Positions 26,591-34,704 of a stretch of DNA of 64,000 nt are shown here, one piece after another. The notes under the pieces were generated by a model, which was given only the letters and a program-made list of their open reading frames with translations, had not been told where the DNA came from and did no database searches. How positions within the stretch are numbered: the stretch's first letter is position 1; every line of letters starts with the position of its first letter. Made by a program: the position numbers and the translations under genes. The stretch spans positions 10,354-74,353 of the forward strand of contig JACQOE010000023.1 of the NCBI GenBank assembly GCA_016202695.1, read 5' to 3'. The stretch comes from Pseudomonadota bacterium (GTDB lineage: Bacteria > Pseudomonadota > Alphaproteobacteria > JACQOE01).

Positions 26591-27760
26591 ATGACCGCGA
26601 ACGACCCAGGCCGGCTGCGCCCAGCCTTTGTTCCGATCCGCCAGGCGATCGAGCTCCTCGCCACCCTGATCCTGTTGGCCGGGCTCCTCGCCGCCAGCGG
26701 CGCCCATGCCGCCTCGCGGATCAAGGACATCGCCGATTTCGAGGGGGTGCGCGACAACCTCCTGGTCGGCTACGGATTGGCGGTCGGCCTCAACGGCACC
26801 GGCGATACCCTCGATTCCGCCGTCTTCACCAAGCAGAGCCTGGTCGGGATGCTCGAGCGGCTCGGCATCAACATCCGCGACCAGCTCGCCAAGCTCGGCA
26901 GCAAGAACGTCGCGGCGGTGATGGTGACCGCCGTCATCCCCCCCTTCTCGCGCCAGGGCACCCGCATCGACGTGACCGTGAGCGCGCTCGGCGATGCCAA
27001 GGACCTCCGCGGGGGCACGCTCCTGGTCACGCCGCTGATCGGCGCCGACGGCGAGGTCTACGCCGTCGCCCAGGGCCAGGTCGCCACCGGCGGCTTCACC
27101 GCCCAGGGCCAGGCCCAGACGGTCACCAAGGGGGTGCCGACGAGCGGCCGGATCGCCAACGGCGCCGTGGTCGAGCGCGAGGTGGGCTACGACCTTGGCA
27201 CCCTGCGCGCCGTCCACGTCGCCCTGCGCAACCCCGACTTCACCACCGCCCGGCGGGTCGCCCAGGCAATCAACGCCTTCCTCGGCACGCCCGCCGCGCG
27301 CATGAGCGACCCCGGCACGATCAGGGTCACCGTACCGCAGTCCTACGCCGGCGACGTGGCCGGGCTGATGACCGACATCGAGCAGCTGACGGTCGAACCC
27401 GACCAGGTGGCGCGGGTGGTGATCGACGAGAACTCGGGCATCATCGTGATGGGCGAGAACGTGCGCATCAGCACCATCGCCATCGCCCAGGGCAACCTCA
27501 CCATCCGGGTGACCGAGACGCCCCAGGTGTCGCAGCCCGGCCCCTTCGCCCAGGTCGGCGAGACGGTGACCGTGCCCCGCACCCAGATCGAGGTCCAGGA
27601 GGGCGCCGACCGGCGCCTGGCCGTGGTCGAGACCGGGGTCACGCTGCAGGAGCTGGTGAATTCGCTCAACGCCCTCGGCGTCGGCCCGCGCGACATGATC
27701 AGCATCCTGCAGGCGATCAAGGCCGCCGGCGCGATGCAGGCCGAGCTGCAGGTGATGTGA
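26591..27760 (+). CDS. flgI: Flagellar P-ring protein FlgI
   Basis: Internal ATG 26591. Signal peptide ending AHAASRIKDIADFEGVRDNLLVGYGLAVGLNGTGD. C-terminal ISILQAIKAAGAMQAELQVM. Confidence 0.95.
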   Translation: MTANDPGRLRPAFVPIRQAIELLATLILLAGLLAASGAHAASRIKDIADFEGVRDNLLVGYGLAVGLNGTGDTLDSAVFTKQSLVGMLERLGINIRDQLAKLGSKNVAAVMVTAVIPPFSRQGTRIDVTVSALGDAKDLRGGTLLVTPLIGADGEVYAVAQGQVATGGFTAQGQAQTVTKGVPTSGRIANGAVVEREVGYDLGTLRAVHVALRNPDFTTARRVAQAINAFLGTPAARMSDPGTIRVTVPQSYAGDVAGLMTDIEQLTVEPDQVARVVIDENSGIIVMGENVRISTIAIAQGNLTIRVTETPQVSQPGPFAQVGETVTVPRTQIEVQEGADRRLAVVETGVTLQELVNSLNALGVGPRDMISILQAIKAAGAMQAELQVM

Positions 27761-28083
27761 TGGACGAGCACACCCTCGTCGGCCGCGAGGCCGCCCTCGC
27801 GCGTGAGCCGGGCCTGCCCAAGCTCCCCAAGGCGGGGGCGAAGGCGGATGCGGCCAAGGTGCGCGAGGTGGCGGTCGAGTTCGAGGCCGTATTCCTCTCC
27901 GAGATGCTCCAGCACATGTTCGCCGGCCTCCCGGTCGACCCGCTGTTCGGCGGCGGGCCCGGCGAGGAGATGTACCGCGGGCTCCTGGTCGAGGAGTACG
28001 GCAAGCTCTTGGCCCGCTCGGGCGGCGTCGGCATCGCTGATGCGCTGCAGCGGGAGGTCCTCAGGATGCAGGAGGTAAAGTGA
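27760..28083 (+). CDS. flgJ: Rod-binding protein (FlgJ N-terminal domain only, no muramidase)
   Basis: ATG 27760 overlaps the flgI stop. VAVEFEAVFLSEMLQHMF...EMYRGLLVEEYGKLLARSGGVGIADAL is the FlgJ rod-binding pattern. 107 aa. Confidence 0.8.
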   Translation: MDEHTLVGREAALAREPGLPKLPKAGAKADAAKVREVAVEFEAVFLSEMLQHMFAGLPVDPLFGGGPGEEMYRGLLVEEYGKLLARSGGVGIADALQREVLRMQEVK

Positions 28084-28526
28084 CCATGAACGCCGCCGCC
28101 CGGGTGCGCAATTTCCACGATATCGGCTCCCGCCTTGCCGCGCTGATCGAGGTCGAGAACGGCCTCCTGGCGGCGATGCGGGCGCGCGAGATCAAGGACC
28201 TGCAGCCGGAGAAGTCGCGTCTGGTGCGGGCCCTTGAGGAGGCCCACCAGTCGCTCCAGGGGACCGCCGGAGCGTTCGCCGCCGCCGACTCCCGGCTCCT
28301 CGGCGAGGTCGCCGAGCTGGTCCGCCGCCTCGAAACCCTGTCCGAGGAGAACGTCGGCCGCCTGACCGCCGCGAGCGAGGCCAACCGCCGGCTGTTCGAG
28401 GCGATCGTCGAGGCGGTGCGGACCAAGCGCGCCCAGGGCAGCTCCTATTCACGCACCGGCACCACCGCCCAGGGCACCTCCGGCAACGGCCAGCCGATCT
28501 CGATGGCCCTCGATCGGCGGCTCTAG
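28080..28526 (+). CDS. Putative FlgN-like export chaperone
   Basis: 148-aa helical protein directly upstream of flgK-flgL. Start overlaps the flgJ stop. Similarity to FlgN judged only from size, position and helical pattern. Confidence 0.4.
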   Translation: MTMNAAARVRNFHDIGSRLAALIEVENGLLAAMRAREIKDLQPEKSRLVRALEEAHQSLQGTAGAFAAADSRLLGEVAELVRRLETLSEENVGRLTAASEANRRLFEAIVEAVRTKRAQGSSYSRTGTTAQGTSGNGQPISMALDRRL

Positions 28527-28536
28527 GGTCCCCACG

Positions 28537-30462
28537 ATGTCCCTCGGTCTTGCCCTGACCAGTTCGGTTTCCGGTCTGCTGACCACGCAGAGCGGGCTGA
28601 ACACGGTCGCCACCAACATCAGCAACGTCAATACCGAGGGCTACACCCGCAAGACCGCCAGCCAGGAGACGGTCATCCTCGGCGGGATGGGCGCCGGCGT
28701 CCAGATCAGCGAAATCACCCGCACCGTCGACCAGTACCTGCTGCGCACGCTCCGCACCGAGACCTCCAAGCTGGGCGAGTTCCGGGTCCTCGACGACTTC
28801 TTCGACCGCACCCAGGTTCTCTTCGGCCAACCCGGGGACCACAACTCGATCAGCGCCCTGATCAACGGCCTCGCGACCGCGGTCGAGGCCCTCGCCACCG
28901 AGCCCGAGAAGGCGGCCCCCCAGCTCTCGGTGGTCGACGCCGCCCGGCGGCTGGCGCGCGAGCTGAACACCCTCACCACCCGCATCCAGGATCTCCGCTA
29001 CGAGGCCGACCGGCAGATCAAGGCGGCGGTCGACATCGTCAACACCCAGCTCTCCAACATCGCCGACATCAACATCAAGATCGTCCGCGAGAAGGCCCTC
29101 GACCGCCCCGCCGGCGACCTCGAGGATCAGCGCGACCGGGCCCTTGCCATCATCGCCGAGTACATGGACATCCGCTCCTTCGAGCGTTCCGACGGCAACA
29201 TGGTGATCCTCTCCGGCTCGGGACAGACGCTCCTCGACGGGGACGCGGTGACCCTCACCCACACCCCGGTGAGCAGCATGCAACCGGGCAGCCTGTACGA
29301 CAGCGCCGACCCGGTGGGGGGCACGGTGAAGGGAATCTTCGTCGGCAGCGTCGCCGCCGCCAACGACATCACCGGGAGCATCGATTCGGGCCGGATCGCG
29401 GCCCTGGTCGAGATGCGCGACCGCCACCTTGTCAACCTCCAGGACCAGCTCGCCGAGCTCGCCTCGCAGCTGACCGAGGAGATCAACACGCTCCACAACC
29501 AGGGGGCGGGTCTGCCGCCGGCGCAGACCCTCACCGGCACCCGCACCGGGCTCACCCTGGCGACCACCATCGACCCCGACTCGGGGGCCGGCACCTACGG
29601 CTCGATCCGAATCGCCATCACCGACACGTCCGGGGTGCTGGACGGAGCCGCGCTCGACCTCGACCTCGACGCGCTGCACGCCGCCCTGGTCGCCGACGCG
29701 GTGATCGCCGGCGGCGACCCGCTCACCGTCGAGCACATCGTCAACGCCCTCAACGGCGAGTACGCGGCGACCGGATCGCTCGCCCTCTCGACCCCGATCG
29801 ACGGGCTGCCGCAGGTGGTGGACGCGGCGAGCGGCGGCCTCTCGGGCGACTTCGCCGCCGTCCAGAACGGCCGGCTGGTGGTTTCCACCTCGTCCGGTTT
29901 CGGCATCGCCATCGACGAGCTCGACTCGACCATCGACGACGGCGGGACCAGCCGCGGCCTGTCGATGTACTTCGGGCTCAACGACTTCTTCACCTACACC
30001 GACTCGAGCAACATCGCCGGGACGCTGGCGGTGCGCTCGGACATCGTCACCCAGCCCTCGCTCTTCTCGCGCGGCGCGCTCCAGGAGGAGCCGGCGGGAA
30101 GCGGCACCTTTTACCTCGGCGCCGGCGACGACTCGATCGTCCGCCAGATCGCCGCCAAGTTCGAGGAGACCCTGAGCTTCCCGCTCACCGGCGAGCTGCC
30201 GGCCTCGACCCAGACCTTCGAGAACCTTGCCGCCCAGATCGTCGCCAACAACGCCAAGCTCGCCGACGACGCCTCGCGCGATTTTTCCTTCCAGGAGCGC
30301 CTGCAGGAGACGCTCAAGTACAAGTCCGACTCGTTCAGCGGCGTGAACCTGGACGAGGAGATGGCGCTGATGGTGCAACTCGAACAGGCCTACAACGCCT
30401 CCGCCCGGATGATCCAGGTGGTCAACGAGATGTTCGACGAGCTCGTGAACATCGTGAGGTAG
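28537..30462 (+). CDS. flgK: Hook-filament junction protein FlgK (HAP1)
   Basis: MSLGLALTSSVSGLLTTQSGLNTVATNISNVNTEGYTRK. C-terminal GVNLDEEMALMVQLEQAYNASARMIQVVNEMFDEL. Confidence 0.95.
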   Translation: MSLGLALTSSVSGLLTTQSGLNTVATNISNVNTEGYTRKTASQETVILGGMGAGVQISEITRTVDQYLLRTLRTETSKLGEFRVLDDFFDRTQVLFGQPGDHNSISALINGLATAVEALATEPEKAAPQLSVVDAARRLARELNTLTTRIQDLRYEADRQIKAAVDIVNTQLSNIADINIKIVREKALDRPAGDLEDQRDRALAIIAEYMDIRSFERSDGNMVILSGSGQTLLDGDAVTLTHTPVSSMQPGSLYDSADPVGGTVKGIFVGSVAAANDITGSIDSGRIAALVEMRDRHLVNLQDQLAELASQLTEEINTLHNQGAGLPPAQTLTGTRTGLTLATTIDPDSGAGTYGSIRIAITDTSGVLDGAALDLDLDALHAALVADAVIAGGDPLTVEHIVNALNGEYAATGSLALSTPIDGLPQVVDAASGGLSGDFAAVQNGRLVVSTSSGFGIAIDELDSTIDDGGTSRGLSMYFGLNDFFTYTDSSNIAGTLAVRSDIVTQPSLFSRGALQEEPAGSGTFYLGAGDDSIVRQIAAKFEETLSFPLTGELPASTQTFENLAAQIVANNAKLADDASRDFSFQERLQETLKYKSDSFSGVNLDEEMALMVQLEQAYNASARMIQVVNEMFDELVNIVR

Positions 30463-30472
30463 GAGCGGAGCG

Positions 30473-31924
30473 ATGCCCGTACAGGTCTCCAACCTCGCGC
30501 AGCACAACCTCACGCTCAGCGCCATCCTGCGCACGCAGCAGAGCATCTTCGAGCGCGAGGTCCAGGTCTCGTCGGGCAAGCAGGCGCAGCGCTACGCCGG
30601 CGTCGCCGACCAGGCGACGCGGCTGCTCAACCTCAAGAACGCGACCATCAAGACCGACCAGTTCCTCGCCAACAACACCTCGGTCAACCTGAGACTTCAG
30701 CTGATGGAGAGCACGCTCTCCAACATGTTCGACCTCGCCTCCGACTTCCGCTCCCAGCTGGTGGCGGCGCTGAACTCGTCGCGCTCGGGCGGGGCGCAGC
30801 CGACCTCGGTGGTGGGGTCGCGGACCTTCGCCACCCCGGCGACGACCGAGATCACCGCCGGCGCCAACGGCTACGGCACGCTGACCATCACCGTGACCGG
30901 CGGCGGTGGCGTCGACGGCACCCTCGACCTCGACCTCGACACGCTCCGCCAGGAGCTGGAGAACGACGGCGTGATCGGCGCCGGCGATCCGCTCACCGTG
31001 ACCCACGTGGTCAATGCCCTCAACGGCGTCTACGGCACCGGCGGGGCGAGCGAGCTCACCAATCCGGTCGAGGGCCTGCCGCAAGAGACGGCCACCGCCC
31101 AGGGCGGCGTCTCGGGCGACTTCGCGGCGATCGACGCCGACGGCTTCTTCCGCCTCGCCGTGCTCTCGCCGACCGGCGAGCAGACCTACCGGCTGGCGAT
31201 CGACGACAGCGCCACCACCTTCGACAATTTCGACGGCGAGAGCGGCTTTGCCGAGTTCTTCGGCTTCTCCACCGACCAGGCGACCGCGCCGGCGGCCGCG
31301 GACATCAACCTTCGCACCCAGGCCGAGAACGCGCTCCGCGGGCTCGCCAACATGGTCAACGTCGATCTCGACGGGCGCTACCTGTTTGCCGGCAGCCGCA
31401 TCGATACCCTGCCCTGGGACGTCGACGCGTTCCTCGCCGACAGCTCGATCGCCTTCCCGCCGCTCGATGCCGACGCCGATTACTCGACCGCCTGGTATGC
31501 CGGCGATTCGACCACGACGCAGGCGCGGCTCGACGCCTCCTTCACCCTGGACTACGGCATCGCCGGCAACAACCAGACCTTCGAGCGCTTCGCCCGGGCG
31601 CTGCGCGCGGTGGTCGACTCGCGCGATTCCACCGGCGCCTACCGGTCCGACCGGCTGAGCGGCGCGCTCGAGCTCCTCAACCGGGTGGTCAAGGACCTGC
31701 CGGACCTCCGCACCCAGGTCGGCAACGGCCTCAAGGCGATCGACGATGCCGGCAAGACCCACGCCGACTTCAAGCTCTACGCGGAGGAGTCGATCTCCGA
31801 CATCGAGAACGTCGATGTGGTCGATGCCATCAACCGACTGAACGCCGATCAGGCGCAAATACAAGCCTCTTACTTGGCGGTGTCGAGGATAAGGACCCTC
31901 AGCCTTGCTAACTTCCTGAGGTAA
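30473..31924 (+). CDS. flgL: Hook-filament junction protein FlgL (HAP3)
   Basis: Flagellin-like termini (IFEREVQVSSGKQAQRYAG...; DVVDAINRLNADQAQIQASYLAVSRI). Follows flgK. Confidence 0.9.
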   Translation: MPVQVSNLAQHNLTLSAILRTQQSIFEREVQVSSGKQAQRYAGVADQATRLLNLKNATIKTDQFLANNTSVNLRLQLMESTLSNMFDLASDFRSQLVAALNSSRSGGAQPTSVVGSRTFATPATTEITAGANGYGTLTITVTGGGGVDGTLDLDLDTLRQELENDGVIGAGDPLTVTHVVNALNGVYGTGGASELTNPVEGLPQETATAQGGVSGDFAAIDADGFFRLAVLSPTGEQTYRLAIDDSATTFDNFDGESGFAEFFGFSTDQATAPAAADINLRTQAENALRGLANMVNVDLDGRYLFAGSRIDTLPWDVDAFLADSSIAFPPLDADADYSTAWYAGDSTTTQARLDASFTLDYGIAGNNQTFERFARALRAVVDSRDSTGAYRSDRLSGALELLNRVVKDLPDLRTQVGNGLKAIDDAGKTHADFKLYAEESISDIENVDVVDAINRLNADQAQIQASYLAVSRIRTLSLANFLR

Positions 31925-32017
31925 GGAGCGACGACGATGCACACCCAAGCGGTTTCCGTCCGGGAGGGTCGAGGTTTCGACGATCCCGTCCCCATCCACA
32001 TGAGGAGTGAAGAGTCG

Positions 32018-32521
32018 ATGAAGACTGCCACCGTCCAGGCCAGCCCCGCCTTCGAGGCGGAGGTCGCGGCCGAGCCCTCGGCCGAGGTTCCGGGCTCGAT
32101 CGTCGTCGAGACCCGCTTCGGCGAGATCGAGTTCCAGTGGGACAAGGCCCTCTACATGCCGACCGGCCTGCTCGGCTTCCCCGAGCACCATGCCTTCGGC
32201 CTCGCCAACCTGCCGAACCAGCAGATGTCGCAGTTCAAGCTGCTGCAGTGCCTCACCGATCCCGGCATCTCCTTCATCGTCGCGCCGCTCAACGTCGAGA
32301 GCGGGGCGATCGCCGGGGAGGACCTGGCGAAGGCCGGGGCCTCGCTCGCCATCCTCCGGGGGGACATGACCGTTCTCCTGGTGGTCACGGTGCGCAAGGC
32401 CGAGCAGGGGATCGCCATGACCGTCAACCTGCAGGCGCCGATCATCATCGACATGCGGCGCCAGACGGCGTGGCAGTTCGTCCTGCCCGGCGAGAAGTAC
32501 CCGGTGCAGCGGCCGCTCTGA
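32018..32521 (+). CDS. fliW: Flagellar assembly factor FliW (CsrA antagonist)
   Basis: ATG 32018 preceded by GAGGAG. VETRFGEIEF...GLLGFPEHHAFGL...FKLLQCL...FIVAPL...TVNLQAPIIID pattern. Confidence 0.85.
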   Translation: MKTATVQASPAFEAEVAAEPSAEVPGSIVVETRFGEIEFQWDKALYMPTGLLGFPEHHAFGLANLPNQQMSQFKLLQCLTDPGISFIVAPLNVESGAIAGEDLAKAGASLAILRGDMTVLLVVTVRKAEQGIAMTVNLQAPIIIDMRRQTAWQFVLPGEKYPVQRPL

Positions 32522-32705
32522 GCCGGTCCGGCAGAGGAAGCGGCCTTGACAGGGTCCGGGAGCCCACGAGCGATGCCCAAGTCAATGACGAGCGCCCATC
32601 CAGCGGACGCGCCCCGCCACCGCGGGGCCGGGCCGGCGTGGGGGCCTCGGCGCCCGGCCGGGCGCAGGGACGACGGGCCATCGCCTCGAGGGTCCGTGGG
32701 CCGGC

Positions 32706-32768
32706 GGCAAGTTCTGCCTACCCGGCAAGATTTGCCGGGCAGACGGCGCCCCGCCGGCAGAAATTGCC
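32706..32768. promoter_or_regulatory. Three ftr-like palindromes (putative FlbD enhancer) upstream of the flagellin promoter
   Basis: GGCAA-GTT-CTGCC at 32706-32718. Perfect 19-bp palindrome CCCGGCAAGATTTGCCGGG at 32721-32739. GGCAG-AAA-TTGCC at 32756-32768. Confidence 0.6.
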
Positions 32769-32868
32769 CGGTCCGAACCGCGCCCGAGGGGGTGGGACGG
32801 CGCGCTCGGACTGGCCAATTCCCGGATTCTCCTCGCTTTTCGGAAACCGTCCCGCCCGAGCTTACTTC

Positions 32869-32884
32869 TGGCATTGCTCTTGCA
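32869..32884 (+). promoter_or_regulatory. sigma54 (-24/-12) promoter of the flagellin gene
   Basis: TGGCAT-TGCTC-TTGCA, near-perfect consensus, about 110 nt upstream of ATG 32993. Confidence 0.8.
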
Positions 32885-32940
32885 GTTGTCTTTGGCAGAT
32901 GCCCGCAGTGCGGGCACTGGGAAGCAACGTTGAACCATGT

Positions 32941-32990
32941 TGGCAGGAAGCCAGGCGTAAGCTGTCGCCAGCATTCCACGTAGGAGGTAG
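32941..32990 (+). promoter_or_regulatory. Flagellin 5' leader with two candidate CsrA sites
   Basis: Hairpin TGGC-AGGAA-GCCA (32941-32953) presents GGA in the loop. A second GGA lies within the SD AGGAGG (32982-32987). Confidence 0.5.
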
Positions 32991-32992
32991 CC

Positions 32993-34153
32993 ATGAGTCT
33001 TAACGTCATTTCCAACTTCGCCGCGAACGTCGCCCACCGGAACCTCGTCACTTCCGACATGCAGGCGACCAACTCGCTGGCGAAGCTGTCGGCCGGTTCG
33101 CGCGTCCTGTCCGCCAAGGACGACGCCGCGTCGATGGCGATCGGCTCGCGCCTGCGGGCCGAGGTCGCCTCGCTGTCCACCGCCCAGGTGAACGCCGGGC
33201 AGGCGGTCTCGATGCTGCAGATCGTCGACGGCGCCCTGGGCACCATCGACACGATCCTGGTGCGCATGAAGCAGCTCTCGGTGCAGGCGGCCTCGGAAAA
33301 CCTGTCCAACACCGAGCGCACGTTCCTCTACAACGAGTTCGACGCGCTGCGGACGGAAATCGACCGGCTCGCGGCCGACACCGAGTTCAACAGCGTCAAG
33401 CTCCTGAACGGCACCATCACGCTCACCGGCGGAAGCTTCGGCACCAACATCGAGGCGGCCGACGGGTTCGCGGCCTTCACCTTCAAGCAGAACGCCCCGA
33501 ACGTCAGCGACACCAACAACTTCTCGGTCGCCTACAGCAGCGCCACCGACGTGCTGACGGTGACCAACACCTCGACCGGCCAGGTCGACACGGTGGCGAG
33601 CGTGACCGCGCCTTCGGCCGGCGCCACCTCGGCGGTCGTGTTCTCGAAGTTCGGCCTCACCATCACGCTCTCGAGCAACTTCTCCAACTCCACCGCGATC
33701 TCGGCCAACAACACCTTCACGGTCTCCGCCTCGACCGCGGCGACGACCCTGACCTACAAGATCGGCACCGGGGCGGTGGCGGCCGAGGACGACATCACCA
33801 TCACCCTCGCCCAGGCGACGACCGCGTCCCTCAACGCCAACCTGGCCACGGTCAACTTCGCGACCAGCGTCGCCAACGCCGGCCTCGCGATCGGCTATGT
33901 CGGCTCGGCGATCGACCAGCTCAACACCTCGCGCGCCGATGCTGGTGCGGCGCAGAACCGGCTCGAGTTCGCCACCAACAACATCCGTTCGTCGATGGAG
34001 AACCTCGAGGCCTCGCGCAGCACCCTGTTGGACTTGGACGTGGCACAGGAGATGACCACCTTCACCAGCCGTCAGATCCTGTTGCAGGCGGGCATCTCGA
34101 TGTTGGCCCAGGCCAACCAGCTGCCCCAGAACCTGCTCCGGCTGTTCCAGTAG
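32993..34153 (+). CDS. fliC: Flagellin
   Basis: N-terminal LAKLSAGSRVLSAKDDAASMAIGSRL. C-terminal MTTFTSRQILLQAGISMLAQANQLPQNLLRLFQ. 386 aa. Confidence 0.95.
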   Translation: MSLNVISNFAANVAHRNLVTSDMQATNSLAKLSAGSRVLSAKDDAASMAIGSRLRAEVASLSTAQVNAGQAVSMLQIVDGALGTIDTILVRMKQLSVQAASENLSNTERTFLYNEFDALRTEIDRLAADTEFNSVKLLNGTITLTGGSFGTNIEAADGFAAFTFKQNAPNVSDTNNFSVAYSSATDVLTVTNTSTGQVDTVASVTAPSAGATSAVVFSKFGLTITLSSNFSNSTAISANNTFTVSASTAATTLTYKIGTGAVAAEDDITITLAQATTASLNANLATVNFATSVANAGLAIGYVGSAIDQLNTSRADAGAAQNRLEFATNNIRSSMENLEASRSTLLDLDVAQEMTTFTSRQILLQAGISMLAQANQLPQNLLRLFQ

Positions 34154-34167
34154 GATAGGAGGTAGGC

Positions 34168-34194
34168 GGGAGAGGCGGCGCCGCTGCCTCTCCC
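34168..34194 (+). terminator. Hairpin after flagellin (possible terminator/attenuator, no U-tract)
   Basis: GGGAGAGGC-N9-GCCTCTCCC, a 9-bp perfect stem 15 nt after the stop. Confidence 0.4.
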
Positions 34195-34225
34195 GGCCCC
34201 TCCCACGGCAGGTAGTTGGATTTGA

Positions 34226-34636
34226 ATGGAGGGAAAAATGGAACTCACTCGTGTGGGTCCGAACATTCCCGCCGCATCCGGACAGGCAGCTCGGTCGGTG
34301 GGAACGGCGTCGCCGGCACCGCCGGCGGCCCAGGCTCCGGGCGGAACCAGGGCAGTTACCGAGCAGGTCGTCAACTCCACCGGGGCCTCCTCGCTCGCCG
34401 CCCTTGAGCGGGCGGTGACCCAGGTCCACCGGCACGGGGAGCGGCACCAGGGGGCGACCCTTCCGCCGGACTACAACGTCGAGCTCGCCATCGACGAGGC
34501 GACCGGACGGGTCTACGGCAAGATGGTGAGCAAGGAGACCGGCGAGGTGATCGGTCAGATTCCGTCGCGCGAGATGATGGCGCTCCTCGCCCGGACGCGC
34601 GAGATCCTCGGCCCCCTGCTCGACCAGAGCACATGA
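34226..34636 (+). CDS. flaG: FlaG-family protein (start may be ATG 34238)
   Basis: C-terminal LAIDEATGRVYGKMVSKETGEVIGQIPSREMMALL is the FlaG signature. Located between flagellin and fliD. Confidence 0.8.
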   Translation: MEGKMELTRVGPNIPAASGQAARSVGTASPAPPAAQAPGGTRAVTEQVVNSTGASSLAALERAVTQVHRHGERHQGATLPPDYNVELAIDEATGRVYGKMVSKETGEVIGQIPSREMMALLARTREILGPLLDQST

Positions 34637-34704
34637 GTCGGCAGCGGGCCGACCCGGCCCCGCCTCCTTGAGGAAACCGGAACTCAGGCGCCCGAGACGT
34701 CGCC

